Positions 1-9,239 of a stretch of DNA of 64,000 bases are shown in pieces. The notes under the pieces were generated by a model, which did no database searches, was not told where the DNA came from, and worked only from the letters and a program-made list of their open reading frames with translations. This DNA comes from Rhodospirillaceae bacterium. Lineage in GTDB: Bacteria; Pseudomonadota; Alphaproteobacteria; Rhodospirillales; Rhodospirillaceae. Numbering within the stretch: position 1 is the first letter of the stretch; each line of letters opens with the position of its first letter. Location of the stretch: contig JBFWVA010000005.1 in the NCBI GenBank assembly GCA_050246995.1, positions 44,990 to 108,989 on the forward strand. Reading direction: 5' to 3'. Position numbers and translations under genes: made by a program.

Positions 1-1
1 C

Positions 2-1549
2 GGCGGCGGGATCTTCACCAAGGGCGCCGACGTCGGCGCGGACCTGGTGGGCAAGGTCGAAGCGGGTATTCCCGAAGATGATCCGCGCAACCCGGCCGTG
101 ATCGCCGACAACGTCGGCGACAACGTCGGTGACTGCGCCGGCATGGCCGCCGACCTTTTCGAAACCTACGCCGTGACCATCGTTGCCACCATGTATCTCG
201 GCTCGCTCTACTTCGCGGGTGAACAGGCGCTGGCGGCAATGATGTATCCGCTTGTCATCGGCGGCGTGTGCATCATCGCCTCGGTGATCGGCACCTTCTT
301 CTCCGGCATCGGTTCGTCGGGCAAGATCATGGCCGCGCTCTATCGCGGTTTCATCGTCACCGCTGTCATCTCCGCCGGTCTCATCGTCGGGATCACAACG
401 CAGATCTTCGGCGATGGCTTGACCACCGCCGCGGGCACGACCTACACCGCGCAGGACCTCATCACCTGCGCCTTCGTCGGTCTGGTCGTTACGGGCCTTA
501 TCGTGTGGATCACCGAGTACTATACGGGCACGGGCTTCCGCCCCGTCCGTTCGGTCGCGGCGGCTTCCACCACGGGCCATGGCACGAACATCATCCAGGG
601 TCTGGCGATCTCGATGGAAGCCTGCGCTCTGCCGGTGCTTGTGATCTGCGCCGGCATCATCGTGGCTTACATGACGGCGGGCATCTTCGGCCTCGCGGTC
701 GCGGCGACCACCATGCTCGCGCTGGCGGGCATTGTCGTCGCGCTCGACGCTTACGGCCCGGTGACGGACAACGCCGGTGGGATCGCCGAAATGGCGCACC
801 TGCCGCCGGAAGTGCGTAAGTCGACCGATGCTTTGGATGCGGTGGGCAATACGACGAAAGCGGTGACCAAAGGCTACGCGATTGGTTCGGCCGGCCTCGC
901 GGCCGTCGTGCTGTTCGCCTCCTACACGGAAGACCTCAAACACTATTTCGCGGATCTCGATATCCAGTTCAGTCTGGAGAATCCGTTCGTGGTGGTCGGT
1001 CTGTTCATCGGCGGTTTGCTCCCGTACCTGTTCGGTGCGATGGGCATGCAGGCCGTGGGACGCGCGGCGGGCGCCGTCGTGAACGAAGTGCGCCGACAGT
1101 TCCGTGAGATCAAGGGCATCATGGAAGGCACGGCGAAGCCCGATTATGGCCGCGCGGTCGACATGCTGACCCGTGCCGCGATCAAGGAAATGATCATCCC
1201 GTCGCTGCTTCCGGTGCTGTCGCCGATCGTGCTGTACTACCTCGTGAATGCCATCGCCGGTCAGGCCCAGGCCTTCACGGCGCTCGGCGCGATGCTGCTC
1301 GGCACCATCGTCACCGGCCTGTTCGTCGCCATCTCGATGACCTCGGGCGGCGGCGCGTGGGACAATGCCAAGAAGTACATCGAAGACGGTAACCACGGCG
1401 GCAAGGGCTCGGACGCCCACAAGGCCGCGGTCACCGGCGACACGGTTGGCGACCCGTACAAGGATACGGCGGGTCCGGCCGTAAACCCGATGATCAAGAT
1501 CATCAACATCGTCGCGCTCCTCCTGCTGGCCGCTCTGGCCGCGCACTAA
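2..1549 (+). CDS. hppA: H+-translocating membrane pyrophosphatase, C-terminal ~515 aa (5' end cut by window edge)
   Basis: Frame is open from base 2. Translation begins [48 protein letters not shown], the canonical M-PPase motif. Also has multiple TM helices and DNAKKYIE / GDTVGDP motifs. Confidence 0.95.
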   Translation, partial: GGGIFTKGADVGADLVGKVEAGIPEDDPRNPAVIADNVGDNVGDCAGMAADLFETYAVTIVATMYLGSLYFAGEQALAAMMYPLVIGGVCIIASVIGTFFSGIGSSGKIMAALYRGFIVTAVISAGLIVGITTQIFGDGLTTAAGTTYTAQDLITCAFVGLVVTGLIVWITEYYTGTGFRPVRSVAAASTTGHGTNIIQGLAISMEACALPVLVICAGIIVAYMTAGIFGLAVAATTMLALAGIVVALDAYGPVTDNAGGIAEMAHLPPEVRKSTDALDAVGNTTKAVTKGYAIGSAGLAAVVLFASYTEDLKHYFADLDIQFSLENPFVVVGLFIGGLLPYLFGAMGMQAVGRAAGAVVNEVRRQFREIKGIMEGTAKPDYGRAVDMLTRAAIKEMIIPSLLPVLSPIVLYYLVNAIAGQAQAFTALGAMLLGTIVTGLFVAISMTSGGGAWDNAKKYIEDGNHGGKGSDAHKAAVTGDTVGDPYKDTAGPAVNPMIKIINIVALLLLAALAAH

Positions 1550-1571
1550 GAGCGAACGTTGCGAAACGAGA

Positions 1572-1604
1572 AGCCCGGACCCTAAAGGTCCGGGCTTTTT
1601 GTTT
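1572..1604 (+). terminator. Rho-independent terminator after hppA
   Basis: AGCCCGGACC / GGTCCGGGCT stem with a short loop, followed by TTTTTGTTT. Confidence 0.7.
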
Positions 1605-1709
1605 CTCGGTCTAGGAAGTAAGTGCAATTGATCATCAGTATCACCGATGGCGCACATTGGTGATCCGCGTTTGCCGCACTAATGTCTCTGCCGGTTTCAG
1701 AAATAACAA

Positions 1710-2201
1710 ATGGGGAAAGCCGTGAAAAAATTTGGCGTCTATGCCGCCATAGCGTGCGTTATGAGTGCTTCCGCTTTGGCGCAGTCAGCGCCAGCGTCCG
1801 CGCCGTCTCCGCAGCCTGAATATCACCCAAGTTTCGGCGATCTCATGACCTTTGCCGTGCAACCGCGGCATATCAAACTTGGCCTCGCGGGCCACGCTCG
1901 CAACTGGGCCTATGCCGCGTTCGAAGCCAAGGAACTGCGCAATGCTTTCGCGCGCATCGGCCGTACGATCCCGATCTATCAGGAAAACGCGCTGCCTGAT
2001 CTATTCGCGGCTTCGACCGCCACACAGATGGAAGCGCTCGAAGCCGCTATCAAAGCGCAGGACGCAAAAGCATTCGATGCCGCCTATAAGGATGTGACGG
2101 CGGCCTGCAATACATGCCACGCGTCGCTCAATCACGGCTTTATTGTCATTCAAGAGCCGAAGATGTCTCCGTATTCCGATCAAAATCTCACGGGAAAATA
2201 G
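1710..2201 (+). CDS. Secreted c-type cytochrome, class II (cytochrome c'/c-556-like) candidate
   Basis: Signal peptide ends ASALAQS. The protein looks mostly helical. A single CNTCH heme-binding motif sits near the C-terminus, as in class II cytochromes c. Class assignment is inferred. Confidence 0.6.
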   Translation: MGKAVKKFGVYAAIACVMSASALAQSAPASAPSPQPEYHPSFGDLMTFAVQPRHIKLGLAGHARNWAYAAFEAKELRNAFARIGRTIPIYQENALPDLFAASTATQMEALEAAIKAQDAKAFDAAYKDVTAACNTCHASLNHGFIVIQEPKMSPYSDQNLTGK

Positions 2202-2377
2202 AAGCTGACATGGGTGCCGCCGGGCCCTCAATTTTTTGATAAGCTACCGACATCGACGTCCCATTGGTTCGAATCCCTTATGGCACACCGACGGCGAGGA
2301 GTGAGTTATCGTGTCCCCGCTATTTTGAGTCCGCGCTATCCTTGCTGAACAGCCACTACGGACCATGGGAGCCCAGT

Positions 2378-2857
2378 TTGAGCACACCTGTTATCGTTGC
2401 GGTGGTCACCGTTGTCATGGTGCTGGGAGTAGGGGGCGCGATGACCACGATTGGTCCGTGGTATCGTGGGCTGATCAAACCGAGTTGGAACCCGCCCGAT
2501 TGGGTCTTCGCACCAGCCTGGACGGTAATCCTTGGATTAGCGGGTTGGTCCGGGGTGCTGGCATGGACAAACGCGCCGGACGAGAACGCGCAGCGACTCA
2601 TTGTCATTCTGTTCGGGATTAACATTGCTCTCCATATGCTTTGGAGCCCGCTTTTTTTCAATCTACGCCGGCCGGATTGGGCGTTGATCGAAATCCCATT
2701 TCTGTGGCTATCGATTTTGGCCCTCATCGTCGGCTTGGCGCCCTATTCTTTCTTGGCCTCCTGCCTGCTGCTTCCGTACTTATTTTGGGTGTCTTTTGCG
2801 ACGGTCCTGAACTTCACAATCGTCAGGCTGAATTCTGGAGATGCCGGCAGAACCTGA
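2378..2857 (+). CDS. tspO: TspO/MBR family tryptophan-rich sensory protein
   Basis: WYRGLIKPSWNPPDWVFAPAWTVILGLAGW and five TM segments. The ORF is open from 2264, but a TTG at 2378 preceded by GGGAG gives the usual ~159 aa length. Start uncertain. Confidence 0.85.
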   Translation: MSTPVIVAVVTVVMVLGVGGAMTTIGPWYRGLIKPSWNPPDWVFAPAWTVILGLAGWSGVLAWTNAPDENAQRLIVILFGINIALHMLWSPLFFNLRRPDWALIEIPFLWLSILALIVGLAPYSFLASCLLLPYLFWVSFATVLNFTIVRLNSGDAGRT

Positions 2858-3019
2858 CGCTTCACATGCGCGCGTCGGGTGCTTGCTTTTCTCCTGGCCC
2901 AATTAGAACAGCAACGTATTAAGACGGTGAGCAGCCTACGGTACGCCATCTAATTACTTTCGGCGGTGAAGGAAGGCCTATAGGCTTGGCGGTGCGATGT
3001 GCGTTTAGGGGAGGGACCT

Positions 3020-4222
3020 ATGCGTTGTGTCACTGCTGCGCTCGCGATTGGTGTGGCCTGGATCGCGCCAACCTTCGCCGCCGACAAACCGGCCCAAGCG
3101 CCCATCTTCGAAGTCGATCCGTTCTGGCCGAAGCCGCTGCCCAATCATTGGGTGACGGGCTCCACCATCGGTCTTGCGGTCGATGCGAAGGACAATGTCT
3201 GGACCATCCATCGTCCGGGCTCGGTCGAGGATAATTTCAAGGCCGCCGATCTTACCGTCGCCGACGCTGTCGATGACGAAGCGTTGCCGGGCGCCGAGGG
3301 ACCGGTGAACGGAAAAGATCCCATCGGCGCCTGTTGTAAAGTCGCGCCACCGGTTCTGGTTTACGATCAAAGCGGCGCGCTTGTGAACTCCTGGGGCGGG
3401 AAGGGCGCGGGCTACGATTGGCCCGACAGCAACCACGGCATCACCGTCGATCACAAAGGCAACATCTGGCTCGCGGGCAACGGGGAGAAGGACACGCAAA
3501 TCCTGAAATTCACCGCCGCCGGCAAATTCATGCTGCAAGTGGGCACGCACGGCGTTCACAACGGCAGCAACGATCTCGCGAACTTCTGGAAGCCATCGAA
3601 GATCTTCCCCGATCCGGCGGCGAACGAGGTCTATGTCTCCGACGGCTACGGCAACCGGCGCATCATCGTGCTCGACGCCGACAGCGGAAAATACAAGCGC
3701 CACTGGGGTGCCTATGGCGCGAAACCGGATGACGCACCGCTCGCGCCTTACAATCCGGCCAGCCCGCGTGCGAAACAGTTTTCCACCGTGCACTGCGTGA
3801 TCGTGTCGAATGACGGCTTCGTCTACGTCTGCGACCGCGTCAACGACCGCATCCAAGTCTTCAAGAAAGACGGGACGTTCGTCAAAGAATCCTTCATCGA
3901 TCCGAAGACGTACAGATCGGGCTCCGTGTGGGACATGACCTTCTCGCGTGATCCGCAGCAAACCTACATCTATGCCGCCAACGGCGTGGATCAGAAGATC
4001 AACATCCTCAGCCGGGAAACGCTGGAAGTGTTGACCTCATTCGGTGACGGCGGCCGTCAGCCGGGGCAGTTCTTCGGCGTGCACAATCTGGCGACGGATT
4101 CCAAAGGCAATCTCTACGCCACGGAAACCTACACCGGCGCGCGCATCCAGCGCTTCCTGTTCAAGGGCGTCGGCGCGGTGACGAAGAAGGATCAAGGGGT
4201 CGTGTGGCCCGGCGCGAAATAA
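3020..4222 (+). CDS. Secreted NHL-repeat six-bladed beta-propeller protein (peptidylglycine-amidating-lyase-like fold)
   Basis: Signal peptide ends PTFAADKP. Repeated NHL-like blades (VYVSDGYGNRRIIVLD, VYVCDRVNDRIQVF, LYATETYTGARIQRF). ATG at 3020 follows GGGGAGGGA. Paralogue at 59526-60623. Confidence 0.8.
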   Translation: MRCVTAALAIGVAWIAPTFAADKPAQAPIFEVDPFWPKPLPNHWVTGSTIGLAVDAKDNVWTIHRPGSVEDNFKAADLTVADAVDDEALPGAEGPVNGKDPIGACCKVAPPVLVYDQSGALVNSWGGKGAGYDWPDSNHGITVDHKGNIWLAGNGEKDTQILKFTAAGKFMLQVGTHGVHNGSNDLANFWKPSKIFPDPAANEVYVSDGYGNRRIIVLDADSGKYKRHWGAYGAKPDDAPLAPYNPASPRAKQFSTVHCVIVSNDGFVYVCDRVNDRIQVFKKDGTFVKESFIDPKTYRSGSVWDMTFSRDPQQTYIYAANGVDQKINILSRETLEVLTSFGDGGRQPGQFFGVHNLATDSKGNLYATETYTGARIQRFLFKGVGAVTKKDQGVVWPGAK

Positions 4223-4264
4223 GGAGTGGGCGCGGAACCGCTGGCGAGCGTTTTTATGTCGCGC

Positions 4265-4768
4265 TCAGGGAGTTGGCTTCTGAGAGATCGCGCCGGCGGG
4301 AAGGTGCGTCGGCGCGGGCGTCGCGCCGGCGAGTTCACCGGTGTTGGCGCCGGGCGGCGGCGCGGGATCGGCACCCGGTTGGCACATCGGTGAGGTGGCG
4401 GCGCGTTGTTCCTTGAGGAACGCAATCACGTCGTTGCGGTCGGTTTCGTCGAACATGCCTGCGAAGCCCATCTTCGTGCCCGGCATATTCATGATGGGAA
4501 AAGTGAGAAAGTCGTGCAGGTGCGCGTCATCCCATACGAAGTTCGCCTCGCGCAGCGCATCCGAATAAGCAAAGCCTTCCACTGTGGCGGCTTTGCGCCC
4601 GATCACGCCGCAGTGCGGCGGTCCCATGAGCGTCCGCTGCGCCGCATGGCAGCCGGCGCATTCCTTATAAAGCGTTGCACCCCGCGCCGCGTCAGCGCCC
4701 ACCGCCGGGGCAGCCGCGGTCACAAGGGCAAGTGATACAAAAATGATTGGGCTTTTCCACATCCGCAC
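4265..4768 (-). CDS. Class I c-type cytochrome (cytochrome c2-like) with Pro-rich C-terminal tail
   Basis: Signal peptide, CAGCH heme motif, GPPHCGVIGRK..., and MPGTKMGFAG containing the axial Met region. Confidence 0.85.
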   Translation of the reverse strand: MRMWKSPIIFVSLALVTAAAPAVGADAARGATLYKECAGCHAAQRTLMGPPHCGVIGRKAATVEGFAYSDALREANFVWDDAHLHDFLTFPIMNMPGTKMGFAGMFDETDRNDVIAFLKEQRAATSPMCQPGADPAPPPGANTGELAGATPAPTHLPAGAISQKPTP

Positions 4769-4839
4769 GGCGCCGTTTTCATGATGGAAACTGATGGCTG
4801 GAGCGACTCTGCCATTGCGCCGAGCTCCTCGACAGATTC

Positions 4840-4860
4840 GGAAACTACCTAGGTATTTCC
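4840..4860. promoter_or_regulatory. Near-perfect palindrome in the divergent cytochrome c / MCO promoter region (candidate operator)
   Basis: GGAAAC-TACCTAGGTA-TTTCC. The 10-bp core is a perfect palindrome. The flanks are complementary except for one bulged C. Confidence 0.3.
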
Positions 4861-4925
4861 CGCAGGTTTAGCCGCCTGCTGCCCGGCCTTAAAGTTGGGC
4901 GAAATATCGACTGGGAGGGAAAAAC

Positions 4926-6002
4926 ATGTCCGTACGGGCCCTTGCCGGCTGTCTCGCGATTTTGATGGCGCTGTGGGGAATTTCATCCGCCCAGGCCGCG
5001 CAGCGTAAATTCGAGATGGACATCCAAGAGGTTGAGATCACGGTCGCGCCTGGATTCAAGGCGAGGGTCTGGGCGTTTAACGGGCAGGTGCCCGGTCCGC
5101 TGATTCACGTCAAGGAAGGCGATGATGTCGAGGTTGTGGTGCACAACAAGAGCACCCAAGCCCATACGGTGCATTGGCACGGCGTCTACCAGTTCAAGAG
5201 CTGGGATTCGGACGGCGCGCCCAACATTACGCAAAAGAATATCCTGCCCGGCGAAAGCCACACCTACCGCTTCGTCGCCGAGAAGGCCGGCAGTCTCTGG
5301 TATCACTGCCATACCAACGTCGCCGAGCATCTCGGCCTGCGCGGCATGTTCGGCCCGCTCATTATCGAACCCAAGAAGCCGGCGAAGATCGAGCGCGAGG
5401 TCACGAAGGACGCGGTTCTGATGTTTTCCGGCTGGAATGATCGCGTGGCGCAGAAGCTCGGCGAGGGGATAAAGCCCGGCGAGGCGCTCCAATATTTTTC
5501 CATCAACGGAAGGTCGATGCCGCTCAATCAGCCGATCCGGGTGAAGACCGGCGACGTTCTCCGCCTGCGTCTCTACGCCGCCACGATTCCGGTCGCATTC
5601 CATCTGCATGGCCACGACTTCCTCGTCACCCATAAGGATGGCAATGCCCTCGAGCATCCTTACAGCGCGGACGTGATCGGGATGCAGCCCGGCGAGCGCA
5701 CCGATGTCATCGTGCGCATGAACAATCCGGGCATATGGGCCAGCCACGATCACATCGACGATCACACCACCAACAACGGCCAGGAACATGGCGGCTCAAT
5801 GCTGACGGTCGAGTATGAAGAAGTCGCGCCTCCGCCGTTCTACATGTGGAAGAACGTGAATTATAAGCCGGACTTCTACATGATTGAATCGATGGCCAAG
5901 CCGTTCGGCTTGTACAACATCGACGCGCTAAAGGGTGTCGCGGCGCCTGCTTCAGGTCCGTCCGGCGCGGCAGCGCCCGAACCCGAGCATAAGCACGAGT
6001 AG
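4926..6002 (+). CDS. Two-domain multicopper oxidase (secreted)
   Basis: Signal peptide ends SSAQAA. Four HxH copper motifs: HTVHWHG, WYHCH, HLHGH, SHDHIDDH. 358 aa is about two cupredoxin domains. GGGAGGGA RBS. Confidence 0.85.
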   Translation: MSVRALAGCLAILMALWGISSAQAAQRKFEMDIQEVEITVAPGFKARVWAFNGQVPGPLIHVKEGDDVEVVVHNKSTQAHTVHWHGVYQFKSWDSDGAPNITQKNILPGESHTYRFVAEKAGSLWYHCHTNVAEHLGLRGMFGPLIIEPKKPAKIEREVTKDAVLMFSGWNDRVAQKLGEGIKPGEALQYFSINGRSMPLNQPIRVKTGDVLRLRLYAATIPVAFHLHGHDFLVTHKDGNALEHPYSADVIGMQPGERTDVIVRMNNPGIWASHDHIDDHTTNNGQEHGGSMLTVEYEEVAPPPFYMWKNVNYKPDFYMIESMAKPFGLYNIDALKGVAAPASGPSGAAAPEPEHKHE

Positions 6003-6056
6003 GAGATCGCGTGCGGAAAAGGGCGTGCGGCCGCTAAGTGATTAGCGGCGCTAAAT

Positions 6057-6527
6057 TTAACGGGGCCCGCCGCCCGGGGCTTGCGAGCTGGACAGACGGC
6101 CAAGGTTGCCGATCAGCTGTTCGATCAGGCTGAACTCGCGGCCCTTGGTCGGCGTCTCACGGCTGGCGACGTTCACGTTCTGCCCGTCCTCGAGACCCAG
6201 CTTGCGCACATTCTTCAAGATGCCGCGCTCATCGAAGCTGATGGCGTAAACCGTGCGGTCGAGTTCGTGGTTCGGATAGAAGGCGTACTGTGTCGTGTGG
6301 GCGCTGATGTAATACCAAGTCTCGTCATCGAACACGGCCGTCGTGGCCGGCGTGCCGAGAAGGCCTCGCACGTCCTGGCGGGTCTGTTCGCCGACGGAAA
6401 GCTGAGCCATGGCTTCGGGCGGCGGCAAATTACCACGCGCTTCGATGTCTTTGGCGCAACCGGCGAGCAAAGCGGTGCACAGGGCAAGAACGGCCGGGAG
6501 AGGCAAATGTCTGGTATTCATGGGCAA
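6057..6527 (-). CDS. bamE: Outer membrane protein assembly factor BamE (SmpA/OmlA lipoprotein)
   Basis: Lipobox LLAGC, then GNLPPPEAMAQLSVGEQTRQDVRGLLGTP...DETWYYI, typical of BamE. Confidence 0.8.
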   Translation of the reverse strand: MPMNTRHLPLPAVLALCTALLAGCAKDIEARGNLPPPEAMAQLSVGEQTRQDVRGLLGTPATTAVFDDETWYYISAHTTQYAFYPNHELDRTVYAISFDERGILKNVRKLGLEDGQNVNVASRETPTKGREFSLIEQLIGNLGRLSSSQAPGGGPR

Positions 6528-6630
6528 CCGTATTATATCAGGCCAAATATTAAGCCTAGCCCCTTGTTGTACCCTCCAGAATCATTACAACCGGGCTTAT
6601 TCACAATCTTGAGAAGAGCACCCGCGCCTT

Positions 6631-7185
6631 ATGCCATTCGCGAGCTTTTTTAAGCGCCCCACTTTTAAGCAACGGGACACGACACCGGATCCGGTGGATG
6701 CCCTCTATGCGGCCCTGGTGCAGAAGGCGCGCGACCCCAAGTTCTATATGGACCTCGCGGTGCCCGACACCGTCGACGGCCGCTTCGATATGATCGTGAT
6801 TCACGCCATGCTCGTAATGCGCCGTCTGCGTGAGAGCCCGGAGGAAGTGCGCACGACCGGTCAGCGCCTGTTTGATCTCATGTTCCTCGACATGGACCGC
6901 TCCTTGCGTGAGATGGGCGTCGGCGACATGAGCGTCGGCAAACACGTGAAGAAAATGGCGAAGGCGTTTTATGGCCGCGCCGCGGCTTATGAAATGGGCA
7001 TGGACGGCGAGGCGGATCTTCTGCCCAACGTCATCAGTCTCAATCTTTATCGCCACAATGAGCCGCCCGCCGAGGCGCTCACGCGCATGGCGTCTTACTT
7101 ACAGCGCGCCAGCGCCCACCTGGCGCGCCAGTCCGTCGCGGACATCGCCGCGGGTAAAATTGATTTCGCTGTGCCGGTCCAATGA
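6631..7185 (+). CDS. Ubiquinol-cytochrome c chaperone (Cbp3-like) domain protein
   Basis: DGRFDMIVIHAMLVMRRL...DMDRSLREMGVGDMSVGKHVKKMAKAFYGR pattern. Conserved position upstream of yceD-rpmF in alphaproteobacteria. Confidence 0.7.
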   Translation: MPFASFFKRPTFKQRDTTPDPVDALYAALVQKARDPKFYMDLAVPDTVDGRFDMIVIHAMLVMRRLRESPEEVRTTGQRLFDLMFLDMDRSLREMGVGDMSVGKHVKKMAKAFYGRAAAYEMGMDGEADLLPNVISLNLYRHNEPPAEALTRMASYLQRASAHLARQSVADIAAGKIDFAVPVQ

Positions 7186-7781
7186 CCATCACACCCAATC
7201 CCGACTTCGAATTCTCCTTTCCGGTCGATGTCACGTCGTTGCCGGTGGCCGGGCGCCACTACGCGATCAAGGCCGATGAAGCGGCCCGCGCGCGGGTGGC
7301 GATCCGCCTCGGTCTTCAAGACGTCGGTGCGCTGACAGCGTCTTTTGAACTGATGCCCCGGGCCGGCGGGCTGGTGCGCGTGACCGGCACCGTCGAATCC
7401 ACGGTCACGCAGACCTGTGTGGTTACATTGAAGCCTCTTCCGGCCGTTCTAGAGGAAGAGGTCGAAGTCACCTTTTCGACGTTTCCCCCTAAGCCCGCCC
7501 CGAATGCCTCAAAGGGAAAGGCGGGTAAGGCGGAGGAAGATGACGAGGAGCTGGTTGCGCTTGGGGAGGAAGACCCCCCTGAGGAGGCCCTGGACGGGCT
7601 TATTGACCTCGGCGAGCTGGCGGTCGAGTACATGGCCCTGGGCCTGGAACCCTATCCCAAGGCGCCCGGAGCGGCCTTTGACGATGCTGTTTGGACCGGG
7701 AAGGGGCAAAAAAGCGAACCAGAGAGCCCCTTTGCGGTTCTGGCGCAGCTCAAGAAAAAAGAGCCCCCCAAAGGCACCTAA
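7182..7781 (+). CDS. yceD: YceD/DUF177 family protein
   Basis: ATGA overlap with the upstream gene. VTQTCVVTLKPL, an acidic linker and EPYPKAP motif. Immediately precedes rpmF as usual. Confidence 0.8.
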   Translation: MTITPNPDFEFSFPVDVTSLPVAGRHYAIKADEAARARVAIRLGLQDVGALTASFELMPRAGGLVRVTGTVESTVTQTCVVTLKPLPAVLEEEVEVTFSTFPPKPAPNASKGKAGKAEEDDEELVALGEEDPPEEALDGLIDLGELAVEYMALGLEPYPKAPGAAFDDAVWTGKGQKSEPESPFAVLAQLKKKEPPKGT

Positions 7782-7895
7782 CCGGGCGTTACGTGCTTGC
7801 GCCCCCGAAGCTTTTTCGCTATTTAGGCGCGCTTTCGGGCAGCCCCACGGTGGTTTGGCTAGTCCCGATGCATTTACATCACGAAAGATTCGACC

Positions 7896-8084
7896 ATGGC
7901 GGTCCCTAAAAAGAAAGTTTCCAAGTCTCGTCGCGACATGCGCCGTTCGCACCACGCGCTTAAGTCGTCCTCCCGCCAGGAGTGTCCGAACTGCGGCGAA
8001 CTTAAGCGTCCGCACCACATGTGCGTTTCCTGCGGCCACTACGACGGCCGGGAAGTCGCTCCGCAGAGCGAGACTGTCGCTTAA
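7896..8084 (+). CDS. rpmF: 50S ribosomal protein L32
   Basis: [23 protein letters not shown]...[14 protein letters not shown]. Confidence 0.95.
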   Translation: MAVPKKKVSKSRRDMRRSHHALKSSSRQECPNCGELKRPHHMCVSCGHYDGREVAPQSETVA

Positions 8085-8189
8085 CCGGCGGCCTATAATC
8101 TCTCCCAGTCGCGAGGCGCTTTTACCGTGCCTTTGACAATCCAAAGGGGGAGGGCTCGACATCGTGATGCGACTCTCTCGGGGGGCTAG

Positions 8190-9239
8190 GTGAGCGCACC
8201 ACTCGTAATCTCGCTGGACGCCATGGGGGGCGATTACGCCCCCGAAATCGTGGTCAAGGGCGCGCGGCTGGCCCGCGTGCGCTACCCCGATGCGCGTTTC
8301 CTGTTTTTCGGCGATGAAGCAAAGATCGCGCCTTTCCTAAAGGCGGACGCGGCGCTTGCCGCCTGCTCGACCGTGCACCACACCGACCAGGCCGTGGCCG
8401 CCGACGCGAAACCCAGCCAGGTCATCCGCTCCGGCCGCCAAACCAGCATGTGGAAGGCGATCGAGGCCGTGAAGAACGGCGACGCCGCGGGCGTCGTCTC
8501 GGCCGGCAACACCGGCGCGCTCATGGCTATGGCTAAGTTGATCATGCGCCCGTTGCCGGGCATCGATCGTCCGGCCATCTGCGGCCTCTTCCCGACCAAG
8601 CTCGGCGAAACCACGATGCTCGATCTCGGCGCGAATGCGCAGTGCGATGCGCGCAACCTCGTCGAATTCGCGGTGATGGGCGAATGTTTCGCCCGCGCGA
8701 TCCTCGGTGTCGAGCGCCCGAGCGTCGGGCTTCTGAACATCGGCAGCGAAGACGCCAAGGGCACCGACATGCTGCGCGAGGCCAGTCAGATCCTGCGCAG
8801 TTCTCATCTGGATATGGAATTCAAAGGCTTCATCGAAGGCGACGACATCACCAAGGGTACGGTGGATGTCGTGGTCACCGATGGTTTTACGGGCAACGTC
8901 GCCCTGAAGACCGCCGAAGGCACGGCGAAGATGTTCGCCGCCTTCCTCAAGAACGCCATCAAAAGCTCGATTCTCGCGCAAATCGGCATGCTTCTCGCCA
9001 AGCCCGTCATTGCGCAAGTTGTGGCGCGCACCGACCCCCGCCGTTATAACGGTGCCTTGTTTGTCGGATTGAATGGCGTGGTCGTGAAAAGTCATGGCGG
9101 AACGGATTCGATCGGTTTCGCCAATGCGATTGGTGTGGCCGTGGATATGATCGCGCGCGATCTCAACAGCAAGATCGCCGAGCAGCTTGCGCATATCGCC
9201 GCGCAGGAAGCCGTCATGGCCGAGGCGGCGAGCGAATGA
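8190..9239 (+). CDS. plsX: Phosphate acyltransferase PlsX
   Basis: [37 protein letters not shown] motifs. Confidence 0.95.
   Translation: MSAPLVISLDAMGGDYAPEIVVKGARLARVRYPDARFLFFGDEAKIAPFLKADAALAACSTVHHTDQAVAADAKPSQVIRSGRQTSMWKAIEAVKNGDAAGVVSAGNTGALMAMAKLIMRPLPGIDRPAICGLFPTKLGETTMLDLGANAQCDARNLVEFAVMGECFARAILGVERPSVGLLNIGSEDAKGTDMLREASQILRSSHLDMEFKGFIEGDDITKGTVDVVVTDGFTGNVALKTAEGTAKMFAAFLKNAIKSSILAQIGMLLAKPVIAQVVARTDPRRYNGALFVGLNGVVVKSHGGTDSIGFANAIGVAVDMIARDLNSKIAEQLAHIAAQEAVMAEAASE

Noticed and set aside
3005-3961. 318-aa ORF antisense to the NHL-repeat gene
   Set aside because: It overlaps a gene with clear family motifs entirely. The translation is Arg/Gly/Asp-rich with no motifs. This is the typical GC-rich antisense open frame.
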